A stretch of DNA of 64,000 nt from Alphaproteobacteria bacterium (GCA_964291675.2 OZ219866.1:832001-896000), one strand, 5' to 3'. Counted from the stretch's first letter, positions 20,631-30,409 are shown. Numbers and translations: made by a program. The notes: a model not told the origin generated them from the letters alone.

Positions 20631-21218
20631 ATGCACGAATTGGAGACGCTCAGGGCCGAGGCGGTCGCCGAGCAGCCCGGGCCGCACGAGCTCCTGCTGT
20701 TCGAGGCGGCGCTGTGGGGGCCGGCCTGCGACCGCCGGCGGGCGGCGCGGCGCATGCGCCCGGGCTTCAGCGCGGGCGGGTTCCCGCTGCCGCCGTTCCG
20801 CCGCGGCCGCCTGCTGGCGATCGACGCCGGCACCGCGCTGCCGCCGCGCGCCGGCCATGTCGAGAATGCCGGGCGCGCGCCCGCCGGAGACGGCTGCTCG
20901 GCGACGCCGCTGGTGCTGCCGGCCGGGCCCGGCGGCCCCGGGCTGGTCCATCTCCACATCCTCCCCGGCACGGCCGGGGGCTGGCAGCGCCGCGACGGCG
21001 CGCGCATCGGCCTGGCGGTCGCCGGGCGCGGGCTCGTGCATCGCGAGGCGGGCCCGCCGCTGGCGCTCTACCCCGGCCGCGCCTGGCGCATCCCGCCCGG
21101 CGCGCGCCACCGCTTCGAGACCGGCGTCTACGCGCTCGACATGCTGGTGTTCGAGGCCGCGGGGGCCTGGGCGCCGGCGGGCGAGGCGGCCCGGGCGCTG
21201 GAGCCGGTGCCGGCGTGA
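20631..21218 (+). CDS. Degenerate cupin-fold protein
   Basis: GGAGGAGG RBS; RIGLAVAGRG...IPPGARHRFET cupin-like second half; first-motif histidines absent. Confidence 0.55.
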   Translation: MHELETLRAEAVAEQPGPHELLLFEAALWGPACDRRRAARRMRPGFSAGGFPLPPFRRGRLLAIDAGTALPPRAGHVENAGRAPAGDGCSATPLVLPAGPGGPGLVHLHILPGTAGGWQRRDGARIGLAVAGRGLVHREAGPPLALYPGRAWRIPPGARHRFETGVYALDMLVFEAAGAWAPAGEAARALEPVPA

Positions 21219-21263
21219 GCGGCGACCCTTCGGCAGGCGCGCGGCCAGCCCCCGACAATCGCC

Positions 21264-21321
21264 CCCGGTGTTCCACTGTCCCCAAAGAAATTCCCGACTG
21301 TATGTATCGAGGGGTCCGGGC
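21264..21321 (+). repeat. ~58-bp imperfect direct repeat, copy 1
   Basis: cccggtgttccactgtccccaaagaaattcccgactgtatgtatcgaggggtccgggc; matches 24568-24626. Confidence 0.9.
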
Positions 21322-21344
21322 CCCGTCATACGCTCGTTCGAACC

Positions 21345-21506
21345 ATGGTCCCCGCGAACCTGGTCCTGATTTTCGCTTCCTGCGTGGGCGTCGGCACGGC
21401 GATCGCCGTCGCCGTTCAGGGCGTCATCCAGGGATATTTCCGGGAGTCCCTGCTCGGGGGCGCCTTCCTCGCCTGGGTGCTCCGCGAGATTTTCGAGGAC
21501 CGGTGA
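21345..21506 (+). CDS. 53-aa small membrane protein (not in ORF track)
   Basis: MVPANLVLIFASCVGVGTAIAVAVQGVIQGYFRESLLGGAFLAWVLREIFEDR; two hydrophobic stretches, GC-rich third positions; RBS weak. Confidence 0.55.
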   Translation: MVPANLVLIFASCVGVGTAIAVAVQGVIQGYFRESLLGGAFLAWVLREIFEDR

Positions 21507-21689
21507 CGCGTGCGCGCGAACCGCCGCCGGGCGGCCGCGGCGCGGCCCCCAGGGGAGGGACCCGGAGCGCGGTCCCGCCGGCGCGAAGCCGGAGACGCCG
21601 GTATGCGCGGTGGCGCGGACGGGCGGTCCGGGGCCGCGGAAGCCCGGGCGGGTCCTCCCGCCTCCAGCCCATCGCGACAGGGAGCTCGC

Positions 21690-22322
21690 ATGAACTACTA
21701 CACCTACCATTTCATCGTGAACGGCCGCGTCGTTCATACCGGGATCACCACCGACCCGACACGCCAGCAGCTGGCGGATCAGGCGAGATGGTCCCAGGGC
21801 CATATCCAGGTTGTCGGCGGCCCGATGCCGGAGCGGGCCGCGATGGCATGGAAAGCGAATGCCGACCGGCAAGCCCGCCTGGCGGGGAAATCGCCGCAGG
21901 GCCCGCGCTACGCGGGAGACGAAGCCATCGGCATCGACATCGAGCGCGACGATGGCATCGTGACCGTGAGCGTGACGGGCCGGATGGACTCGGTGTCCGC
22001 GCAGAGCTTCCACCGCGAGACCAGGCCCCTCATCGAAGACGCCGCGCGCGGCGTCGTCCTGAACCTGACCGACCTGACCTTCATGAGCAGCGGCGGGCTC
22101 CGGGCGACCCTGCTCCTGGCGAGGCAGCTCGGCGCGAGACGCAGCACCCTGGTCATGTACGGGCTGTCGGAGATGGTCCGCGAGGTCTACGCCATCAGCG
22201 GCTTCGACCGGTTCCTCAACATCGTGGAGAGCCGCGCGGCGGCGATGGCGATTGTCGGGCGGGAGGAGTCGTCCCCGGACCCCGGCGGGGAAGCTCCCAA
22301 GCCGCGCGGCACCGCCCGATGA
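21690..22322 (+). CDS. STAS (anti-sigma-factor antagonist) protein with N-terminal mini GIY-YIG-like domain
   Basis: C-terminal VTGRMDSVSA...DLTFMSSGGLR...VREVYAISGFDRFLNI; N-terminal YTYHFIVNGRVVHTGITTDP; GGAG RBS. Confidence 0.8.
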   Translation: MNYYTYHFIVNGRVVHTGITTDPTRQQLADQARWSQGHIQVVGGPMPERAAMAWKANADRQARLAGKSPQGPRYAGDEAIGIDIERDDGIVTVSVTGRMDSVSAQSFHRETRPLIEDAARGVVLNLTDLTFMSSGGLRATLLLARQLGARRSTLVMYGLSEMVREVYAISGFDRFLNIVESRAAAMAIVGREESSPDPGGEAPKPRGTAR

Positions 22323-22489
22323 GGGGATGGCACGGACCCGGCGGGGTGCAAGGCCGCTAGCACCGGCAAGGCGGACGGACCCGCGCCCGGGCGTTGCGGG
22401 GTTGAAGGCGGGCAGGCGCCGGACCATTTCAAGTAGAGCATGAATGCGCACCACGCACGCATGCCGTGCGCCGGTCCCGGGCGGGCGCG

Positions 22490-24064
22490 GTGACCGGGGC
22501 GGGCGGGATCGAGACCGTCGGCGGCGCGGAGATCGCCGCGGCGATCGACCGGCGGCGCTGCTTCCGGGGCTTCCGCTACCGCCTGCTCGGCATCGCCCGC
22601 AAGGCGGCGTTCGCCTGCTTCCTGTTCCAGTATCTGCTGCTCTTCGAGGTCGGCCTCCCGTGGGCCCTGGCGCTCGGCGCCGCGGCGCTCGCCGTCGAGC
22701 TCCGCACCAACCGGTTCACGATGGCGACCTATGCGACCCGCGAGATCGTCGATCTGCTGTTGCGGCGGGCGAGCCTGGAAGCGAAGCGCAACGATGCCCC
22801 GAAGCGGGTGGCCGCCGGTTCGCTGCTCTGGCTCGCGGGCGTCGTCGGCTGCATCGCGGGCGTGCCGTTCTGGGTGTGCCAGGCGGCGATGTTTGCCGGC
22901 GCGCTGTGGCTGCTGTGGGCGCTCAAGACCGTGGACGCGATCGGCAACATCGGGAGCGGGATGTTCGAATACATCGAGACCGGGGACGGCCGGTTTCATG
23001 TCCGGCTGCGACGCAACCTTGGCGACATGGAACTCATCCGGCCCTGGGAAGACCGGGGCTGGTCCGCGTATATCCTGGCGATCCTGTATGCGTCGTTTGC
23101 GGCTCTCGCGCTGTTCGCCGCCGTCGCCGACATCCGGGACCTCGAAGGCGGAGAAAATGCGTTCACCCTTCTGCCGCTCGTCCTTTCCGTGTTCGGCTGC
23201 GCCGCCCACGAGCCGGCCCGGTTCCACCTCGTCGACCGCGAGCTGGAGCGCCTGCGCGGATGCGGCGCGCGACCCGGAGGGCTGGGCCGGGGCGCTGCGC
23301 CGGGCGGACCGCGAGGAGAGTCTCATCGCCGGGCTCGGCACATGACCCCGGCCGGGATCGCCCGGGCGGTCGAGGCCAGGGGGTTTCGCTGGAACCTCTA
23401 TCTCCACCTGCTCCGCATCGCCCGCCGATACGCCTTCACCTGGCTCGCCGGCCAGTACTTGCTGGCGGTCGGCGCCCATCCGCTGTCGACGATCGTGACC
23501 ACCCTCTGCGTCTGGGGCTTGGAACGCGCCACCAACCGGTTCGCGCTGCGGGTCCATTCGACGCAGCGCATCGTCGATCACTGGCTGGGGCGCCCGGCGC
23601 TGGGCAAGTCCGCGCTGCGCTGGGGCGATGCGCAGATCGTGCTCTGCCTCGCCGGCGTCGCCGTCTTGCTGGTCTGCCGGTCCGGCGCGCCGGTCTATCT
23701 GTGCCAGATCCTGTTCTTCTCGGCGATGGTGGCGGCGCTCTACTGGGCGAAGACCGCGGATTTCCCGCCCTTCCATCTGCACCGCCCCGCCCTCGTCCGG
23801 CTGTTCGGCCCGGCGCTCAGGCCGGTGCGCAGCGTGTTCGCGGGCCTGTCCTGCCTGGTCGGCCTGACGGTCTGGCTGGTGCTGCCTCTTACGCTTTGGG
23901 GCAAAGGCGGGGCGATGGCGCTGGACCACGCCGACCAGCCCTGGGTGCTGGCGATCGCCATCCTGCCCTTGCTCGGCTGCGCCGGCCACGAGACGCTCCG
24001 CTTCCTGCTGGTGCGCCGCGAGATGGCGCGGCTCGGGGAGCAACGCCGGGGCGAGACCGGGTAG
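22490..24064 (+). CDS. Polytopic membrane protein made of two homologous halves
   Basis: Motifs IAR..AF....QYLL, E..TNRF......T..IVD and GCA.HE..RF.LV.RE..RL each occur twice; start uncertain. Confidence 0.7.
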   Translation: MTGAGGIETVGGAEIAAAIDRRRCFRGFRYRLLGIARKAAFACFLFQYLLLFEVGLPWALALGAAALAVELRTNRFTMATYATREIVDLLLRRASLEAKRNDAPKRVAAGSLLWLAGVVGCIAGVPFWVCQAAMFAGALWLLWALKTVDAIGNIGSGMFEYIETGDGRFHVRLRRNLGDMELIRPWEDRGWSAYILAILYASFAALALFAAVADIRDLEGGENAFTLLPLVLSVFGCAAHEPARFHLVDRELERLRGCGARPGGLGRGAAPGGPRGESHRRARHMTPAGIARAVEARGFRWNLYLHLLRIARRYAFTWLAGQYLLAVGAHPLSTIVTTLCVWGLERATNRFALRVHSTQRIVDHWLGRPALGKSALRWGDAQIVLCLAGVAVLLVCRSGAPVYLCQILFFSAMVAALYWAKTADFPPFHLHRPALVRLFGPALRPVRSVFAGLSCLVGLTVWLVLPLTLWGKGGAMALDHADQPWVLAIAILPLLGCAGHETLRFLLVRREMARLGEQRRGETG

Positions 24065-24146
24065 GCGGAGACATCGCGACCGCGCCCGGGACGGGCGACG
24101 CCGCGTGTCGAAGCCCGGCCCCCGCCAATCGCCCCCCCCCAGCCTT

Positions 24147-24552
24147 CATGCCCGGACTTGATCCGGGCACCCATGGCCGGACTTGATCCGGCCACCCACC
24201 GCCGCCACCCCTCCCCACGGCCCGCCGTGCGCGCCGATAGGCCGCATGGGTGCCCGGATCAAGTCCGGGCATGACGAGGGGGGTGCATGACGGGGGGAAA
24301 GAGCATGGGACGCGTGGGGTGCGGTTGCGCATGACGGGGGGTGCATGACGAGGTGGGGAGGCATGGCGAGCGTTCGGGCGCTCGGGCACGACGCCGGGGA
24401 TCGCCGGCGGGCGCGCCGCCCCCCGTGACGCCCGGCCCCCGCTCCGTCAAATAATCTGGATAAGCCCCTATCGAAGGGCAGCCCGGCCCCCCCAAGCGTC
24501 ATGCTTGGCCCCCGGATCAAGTCCGGGGGTGAGCCGGGCACCCACTGCCGCC
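24147..24552. repeat. CGTC-tagged REP cluster
   Basis: Tandem/inverted catg(c/g)ccggacttgatccgg(g/c)caccca units; about 24147-24249 is nearly identical to about 54321-54425. Confidence 0.88.
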
Positions 24553-24567
24553 CTCGCGGCGTCGCGC

Positions 24568-24657
24568 CCCGGTTTTTCCACTGTCGGTAAAGAAATTTCC
24601 GACTGTATGTATCGAGGGATCCGGGCGCCGGCACGGCGATCGCCTTCGCCGCTCAGG
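24568..24657 (+). repeat. Direct repeat copy 2 fused to a fragment of the 21345 small ORF
   Basis: Matches 21264-21321 and then 21386-21420 (cggcacggcgatcgccNtcgccgNtcagg). Confidence 0.85.
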
Positions 24658-25544
24658 CGGCCTCGCCCCGCAGGATCTCGCCCTCCACATAAGCGCGGAA
24701 CGCCGCGCCCGAGGTGAAGCAGCGGTAGCCGGCGGCGCTGGCGATCGCCAGAAGCTCGGCCGGCTCGTTCAGCAGCACGGCGACCGGCCCGGTCAGCCCG
24801 GGCTGCAGCCCGTCCGGCCAGGCGAGGTCGAACACCGCCATCTGAGCGCCGGTCGCCGGGTCGGCGTGGTCGAAGGCGAGCGCCCCGCGCGGCAGGTCGC
24901 GTGCGGCGATCCAGTCGTTGAGCGCCTCCAGCTCCCGCTCCTCGGCCTCGCTCGCGATGCCGCCGGGCGGGGCCGGGGCCGGCTCGGCGGTCGCCGGCCG
25001 GGCTTCGGCGAGCCATTTCGGATCGCCGTGCAGCAGGTCGGCGAAGCACCGGTTGGCCTCCGCCGCCAGCAGGGCCCTGCGCGCTGCGAGAAAATCGCGG
25101 TAGCGCTCGATGCGCCACAGGGCGGGGTCCATCGGTATCCACTGCGAGGCGAGCGCGCCCGGATGGCTCGCCTCCACCGCCTCGAAATACGCCTCGGGGA
25201 AGCGGTTGCCGATGACCAGGTTGGTCTCCCTGGTCAGGATGCGGATTCCTACGGACTTGACGGCGGATTCCTATTTTACTTGACCGCGATTCCTGGCACT
25301 TGACCGCCAGGGCGGTGGCGTTTGTCAGTCTCTCCCGGGTGTTGCCGTAGGGGTTCTCCGTTGCTGGTTGGGGGCTGGCCGGAGGTCAGCCCGGTGCGAG
25401 CGTAAGCGAGCCCTCGCCGTCATGCAAAGGCCTGTCGGGCGCGGCGGCGAGCTCCCTCATTCAGCACGCCGCCGCGCGCGCCTGTGTTGCCACCGGGGAC
25501 GGCGCCGCAGGCGCCCATGGACCCGGCCGCCAGGCCGGGCCCCC

Positions 25545-26306
25545 TCACTTGTCGTTGCCGCCGTCGAGCGGCGGCGGCCTGTTGCGCTTGCGCTGGGATT
25601 CGCCCTTGAGGTCGATGCGGTAGGCGTTGTGGACGATTCTATCGAGGACCGCGTCGGCGATCGTGGGTTCTCCGATCACCTCGGGCCAGCGCTCCACGGG
25701 TATCTGACTGGCGATCAGGATGGACTTGCGTCCGTGTCGCGCCTCGGCGATCTCCAGCAGGTCGCGCCGGCCCTCGGTAGAGAAGCCTTGCAGCCCCCAG
25801 TCGTCGAGGACCAGCAGGTCGACCCTGGCGAGGCGTCCCATCAACCGGGCGTGGGTGCCCTTGTCGCGGGCGCGGTCCAGCGCCGTGACCAGCTCGGGGA
25901 CGCGGCGGTAGAGCACCGACTGCTTCTGGCGGCAGGCCTGGTGGGCGAGCGCGCAGGCCACGAATGTCTTGCCCGATCCCGTTGCGCCGAGCAGGACGAG
26001 ATTGACGGCCTGTCGGATCCAGTCGCCGGCGGCGAGCTGGGTGAGCGTGGTTCGGGCGATGCCGCGCCCGGCGCGGCAGTCGACGTCCTGGATGTCGGCG
26101 CGGATGCGCAGCTGGGCCTGGCGCAGGTGGCCGAGATAGCTCCTGTGCTCGCGGTGCTCGGCCTCGCGCTCGATCAGCATGGCGAGGCGGTCGTCGAAGC
26201 CGAGCCGCTCGATGTCGGGGACGTCCTTCTGCTCCTCAAGCGCCTCGGCCATGCCGGTGAGGCCGAGCTGCAGCATGCGTTCGATATTGGGCTGTCGCAG
26301 GGTCAT
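25545..26306 (-). CDS. istB: IS21 helper ATPase
   Basis: GATGSGKT, LLVLDDWG, IADAVLDRIVH, GESQRK. Confidence 0.96.
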   Translation of the reverse strand: MTLRQPNIERMLQLGLTGMAEALEEQKDVPDIERLGFDDRLAMLIEREAEHREHRSYLGHLRQAQLRIRADIQDVDCRAGRGIARTTLTQLAAGDWIRQAVNLVLLGATGSGKTFVACALAHQACRQKQSVLYRRVPELVTALDRARDKGTHARLMGRLARVDLLVLDDWGLQGFSTEGRRDLLEIAEARHGRKSILIASQIPVERWPEVIGEPTIADAVLDRIVHNAYRIDLKGESQRKRNRPPPLDGGNDK

Positions 26307-27892
26307 GGTGTCGCTCCGTCGTTTCCGTAGTAATCGCCGCCGCGGATGTTGTCGTGGCCGGGGATGGTCTCCCTGGCTTGCACGCGGCGCCGATCGGGGC
26401 CGCCGCCGTGCTTGATGCGCTCCCTGAGGAAGCCCGAGGCGAGGCGGTTGAGATCGAGGGCCTCGGCGCAGAGCGCGTCGAGGCGCGCGTCGTCGTGGTC
26501 TTCGGCGAGGCGGATCATCCCCTGCACGGTGGCGAAGGCCTGTTCGGGGAAGTCGCGCGAGGCGAAGCAGCGCTCGGCCCAGGCCGCGGCGTTCGGGCCG
26601 ATCTTGCGGGCGCGCTCCAGCAGGATGTCGCCGTAATCGGGCTCGCGGATGTCGCGCACCGCCCTGAGACGGTCGGGCATGTGCTCGGGCTCGGTGGCGT
26701 ACTGGTTGCGCCCGCTCTTCAGCCGGTGGACGGCGATCCGCTCGCCGCCCTTGTCCAGGAAGAGCTCGACCATGCGCTCGCCGACCCGGGCGTGGATCTT
26801 GCGGCCGATATGGCGCTCCGGCGCGGAGTAGTGATTGCGGGCGATGCGGACGTGGCAGTTGGGCCCGACCTTCCGCTCGATCCACTCGCCCCATTCCCAG
26901 GGGTTCCGGGGCAGCGGCTTGAGGAGTGTCCGCTCGCCTGCTTCGAACAGCGCGCGCCGGGTCTCGCCGCACGCCATGGGGGCTTCGTTCAGCCGGTCGA
27001 GCTCGCGCCGGATCGCGGCGTTCATCGCGTCCAGCGAGAAGAAGGTCTCGTGACGCAGCACCAGCAGGATGCGCGACTGGACCGCCCCGACGCAGGCCTC
27101 CACGAGCCCCTTGTCGGTCGCTCGCCCCGAGCGCGCCGGCAGCACGGCGACGCCGTAGTGCTGGGCGAACTCGCGGAAGCTCGGATTGAGCCGGGGCGCC
27201 TCGCGGTCCGGCTTGTCGACGCCGGCCTTGAGGTTGTCGATGATCCAGCGCCCGGGGACGCCGCCGAAGTACTCGAAGGCGCGGCGATGCGCCATGATCC
27301 AGTGACGCACGCGCTGGTCGGGCACCGCCTCGGCATAGATCAGGTTCGAATGCGCCAGCACGGCGACGAAGATCTCGACATCCTTCTCGCCGCGGCCGGT
27401 CCTCAGCGCCAGCGTCTTGCCGGAGAAGTCGGACAGGCCCCAAAGACCCGGCGCATAGTGGAAACGCATCTGCGCCGGCTCGGGCCGGCTCCCCAGACGC
27501 TCGCCGAGCAGCGCGCAGAACCGGCTGTAGGTATAGGGCTTGCCCTCCTGGGCCAGCGCCTCGTCGCGGTACTCGACCCAGAGCTGGCGCCGCGTCAGCC
27601 GGGCGCGGCGGCGCTTGCGCGGCGCGGTGAGCGCTTCGATGACCGCATCCCAGTCCGGCTGAACCCGGTCGCCGTCCGGATCCGGCGCCGGGTAGAGCCG
27701 CGCGCGAAGCGCCGCATCGTCGAGATCGTCCGGCAGCGGCCAGGACAGACCCGCCGCCGCGGCACGGGCAAGCACATGCGAGACCGTCCCCGTGCTCACC
27801 CCGACCGCGGCCGCGATCTGCGCCCGAGGCAGCGCAAGATCGTGGCGGTGCCGCAGAATGTCCTTGATCTTCATCGTGCCGGTCCTCTTCAT
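26303..27892 (-). CDS. istA: IS21 transposase
   Basis: N-terminal HTH, FGGVPGRWIIDNLKAGV, DKGLVE; ATGA overlap with istB. Confidence 0.96.
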   Translation of the reverse strand: MKRTGTMKIKDILRHRHDLALPRAQIAAAVGVSTGTVSHVLARAAAAGLSWPLPDDLDDAALRARLYPAPDPDGDRVQPDWDAVIEALTAPRKRRRARLTRRQLWVEYRDEALAQEGKPYTYSRFCALLGERLGSRPEPAQMRFHYAPGLWGLSDFSGKTLALRTGRGEKDVEIFVAVLAHSNLIYAEAVPDQRVRHWIMAHRRAFEYFGGVPGRWIIDNLKAGVDKPDREAPRLNPSFREFAQHYGVAVLPARSGRATDKGLVEACVGAVQSRILLVLRHETFFSLDAMNAAIRRELDRLNEAPMACGETRRALFEAGERTLLKPLPRNPWEWGEWIERKVGPNCHVRIARNHYSAPERHIGRKIHARVGERMVELFLDKGGERIAVHRLKSGRNQYATEPEHMPDRLRAVRDIREPDYGDILLERARKIGPNAAAWAERCFASRDFPEQAFATVQGMIRLAEDHDDARLDALCAEALDLNRLASGFLRERIKHGGGPDRRRVQARETIPGHDNIRGGDYYGNDGATP

Positions 27893-29608
27893 CGCGCCCC
27901 CGCCTGCTCGATCCGATCGAGCGATCGATCAGGCAGGGTCGGGAGAGAATCGGCACCTCGGACGGCTCGTCGGACGCCGCCCGGCAATGGCCCGTCAGGC
28001 CAGGTCCAGAGCCTCGGCCCGGACCGTCAAATGCTCAGGAATCGCGGTCAAATCCCGTAGGAATCGCGGTCAAATCCGCCAGGAATCTGCAGTCAGGAAG
28101 CAGAAATTGGCCACCGCGTTGACCTCCGCCCGCTCGTAACCGGCGTCGTAGAGCCGCGACTTGGGGAAGATGTGGTGCACCTCCAGGCGGTGCATCCTGC
28201 CCAGCAAATCGGCCTTGAGGGGCAGGCCGGTCCCCCAGTCCCTGGCCTGGCCCATGCGGGTCAGCATGTAGAGCACCGGATAGAACCGCGCGCCGAGGCT
28301 CCAGCCGTCGAAATGGCCGGGCTCGACGCGCAGCCCGCCCTGCCACAGGCGGAGCCGCTCGATCGGCGCGTCGAGCCCGCCATCGGGGCCTTCCAGCGCC
28401 GCGAGGTCCTGGTCGATAACGGTCTCGGTCGAGCCGGAGAACCGGCCCCACATCCCGGCCTGGGCGAACCAGAAGAGCAGCTTGTCGCTCTCCTCCGCGG
28501 CCATCGGCCGGGCCCTTCGGTCCATGTAGCGCACCATCACCGGCACGCCGAAGCGCCCGAACAGCACCCGGTCGTGGTCGAGCCCGATCCGGCCCGGCGA
28601 TCAGGTCGAGGCTGGCGTCGATCTGCCTGGCCGCGCGCGCGAGCCCGTCCTGGATGTCGGGCGCCGCCTTGTCGTGCAAATGGGCGAACCTCGCCTCGCC
28701 GGTGAGCACCGTGTTGACCGAACGGAGCAGCCAGTCGAGGTTGAAGGAGTAGCCGGCGTCCTCCCACGCCTTCAGCTTCGCCTTCATCTCGCCCCGCGCT
28801 TCGGGCCATTCGGCGCAGATCCTGGCCAACGCCAGATCGCCCTTCGAGAGCTTGGTGCCGCCGCTGTTGACGCGGTTGAAGATGTCGACGACGACATCGA
28901 GCGACTTGTCCGCGCCGGTTACCTCTTCGACGTGAAGGTCGATTTCGGTGATGCTGAGCAACGTGCTCAGACGGCCGACGAAATCGCCCACCCGTTCGGC
29001 GAGCTCGGGAATTGCCGTCAGCCGGCCAACGAAGCCGCCGAGCCCGGCGGCCCCCCCTTTCATCAGCTCGGTAACGTCGATCCAGAGCGGATCGCCGCGC
29101 ATCCTGACGGGCTGATAGAACTCGAAGCTCTGGTCTTCCAGATGGAAGCGCAGCCCGGTGAAGGTCTGCGGGTTGCCGTCGAAGAATTCGGGCGGCTTGC
29201 CGCGCACCACCCCGTAGAGCGAGGTCATGCGCTGCTGCCCGTCGAGCAGCAGCTTGACGCTGCCGGCGGCGACCGGCCCGCCGCCGCGGCGGTCGGCGGT
29301 CTTCGACTCCGTCACCCAGACCAGCAGCCCGCCCACCGGATGGCGCCGGTACAGCGACTCGAACAGCCCGCGCACCTGGTCGCGGTTCCACACATAGCCG
29401 CGCTGAAACTCGGGCAACGCCATGTCGCCGCTGTCGATGTAATCGAGAACGGTGGAGATTTTCATGGGTGGGGCTCGCTCGTTGTCGTTGGAGCCGCAAA
29501 GGGAGGCGTTCGGTTGGGGTTATGATCGGCGATGGCCGGCGTCGAGAACGACGTCGACCCCGTCCGCTCATAGCCTTGCTTAACGCTGTCGGCTGGCAAT
29601 GTCCCCTC

Positions 29609-29755
29609 TCAACCCCACCGGTTCCGTAGCCGCGAAACGAGAGTGTAAACACCGCCAACAACACCAGACAAAACAGCCAGCACGATAAACCAGGCCAAGT
29701 CGCCTGCGAACTGGAATAACTGCCACAGCATAGCGTTCTGAATGAAATCAAGCAT
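29609..29755 (-). CDS. Putative 48-aa single-pass membrane peptide (not in ORF track)
   Basis: MLDFIQNAMLWQLFQFAGDLAWFIVLAVLSGVVGGVYTLVSRLRNRWG in a lower-GC patch upstream of the DUF262 gene. Confidence 0.45.
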   Translation of the reverse strand: MLDFIQNAMLWQLFQFAGDLAWFIVLAVLSGVVGGVYTLVSRLRNRWG

Positions 29756-29831
29756 AGCGCATCTCTCTGGGGTTAGTCCGTCCCGGTGTGCCGCATCGTA
29801 AGTTCCTGTCCACCTCCGCCGCGCCTCACAA

Positions 29832-30225
29832 CGTCATGGCCGGACTTCCCCCACTGCTGTCCGGTTTAGATTTTCGACGCGGGCTCCGCGCCCGTGAGCA
29901 TCTGCATCTCCGCTCCCGCTGTTACCCCTACGTCATGGCCGGACTTGATCCGGCCATCCACGCGGCCTCTCCGCCCGCACGACGGTCCGACGAGAGGGGC
30001 GGCGGCGCACATGGATGCCCGGATCAAGTCCGGGCATGACGAGGGAGGGCCGGGGGCGACGGCGGCATGCGACGACGCGTTGCGCGTGTCGCGATCCGTG
30101 TCCCGATCCGGCGGATGGGCCGGAAATCCGCGCGTACCGAGGCTTTGCGCCCGGTCCAGCTGATCCAAACCGGACAGCAGTGGACTTGTTCCGGATCACA
30201 GTCCGGGCTTGATCCGGCCACCCGC
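29832..30225. repeat. CGTC-tagged REP cluster including an inverted pair (29931-30041)
   Basis: cgtcatggccggacttgatccggccatccac ... atggatgcccggatcaagtccgggcatgacg, plus partial copies at 29832 and about 30200. Confidence 0.85.
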
Positions 30226-30409
30226 ACAGCCTCTCCGCCCGCGAGGCAGCGGGGCGGGAGGGGCGCCGGCGCCTGTGGGTATCCGGTACACCTTCGGGCT
30301 TGTTGCGGGGCCGCGCATGACGAATTGCGGGAAAGCCTCGGCGGACGATACCGCGCACGGTCCCGACCACGTGCAGACGAAGCTCGCAGACGGGACACCA
30401 GCGGGACAA

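Larger units (their letters stand above)
25240..28091 (-). mobile_element. IS21-family insertion sequence
   Basis: TG...CA ends (TGCGGATTCCT / AGGAATCTGCA), three subterminal repeats at each end, 7-bp target duplication GTCAGGA at 25233-25239 and 28092-28098. Confidence 0.96.
24653..29465 (-). pseudogene. GmrSD-like DUF262 + HNH-type (DUF1524-like) nuclease interrupted by IS21
   Basis: LPEFQRGYVW, LLDGQQRMTSL, IFNRVNSGGTKL, LEVHHIFPKS; removing the IS restores ANFCFLTRETNLVIGNRFPEAYF; additional 1-nt frameshift near 28593. Confidence 0.9.

Noticed and set aside
21298-21313. ctgtatgtat as a LexA SOS box
   Set aside because: Lacks the ACAG half-site, and alphaproteobacterial LexA uses GTTC-N7-GTTC.
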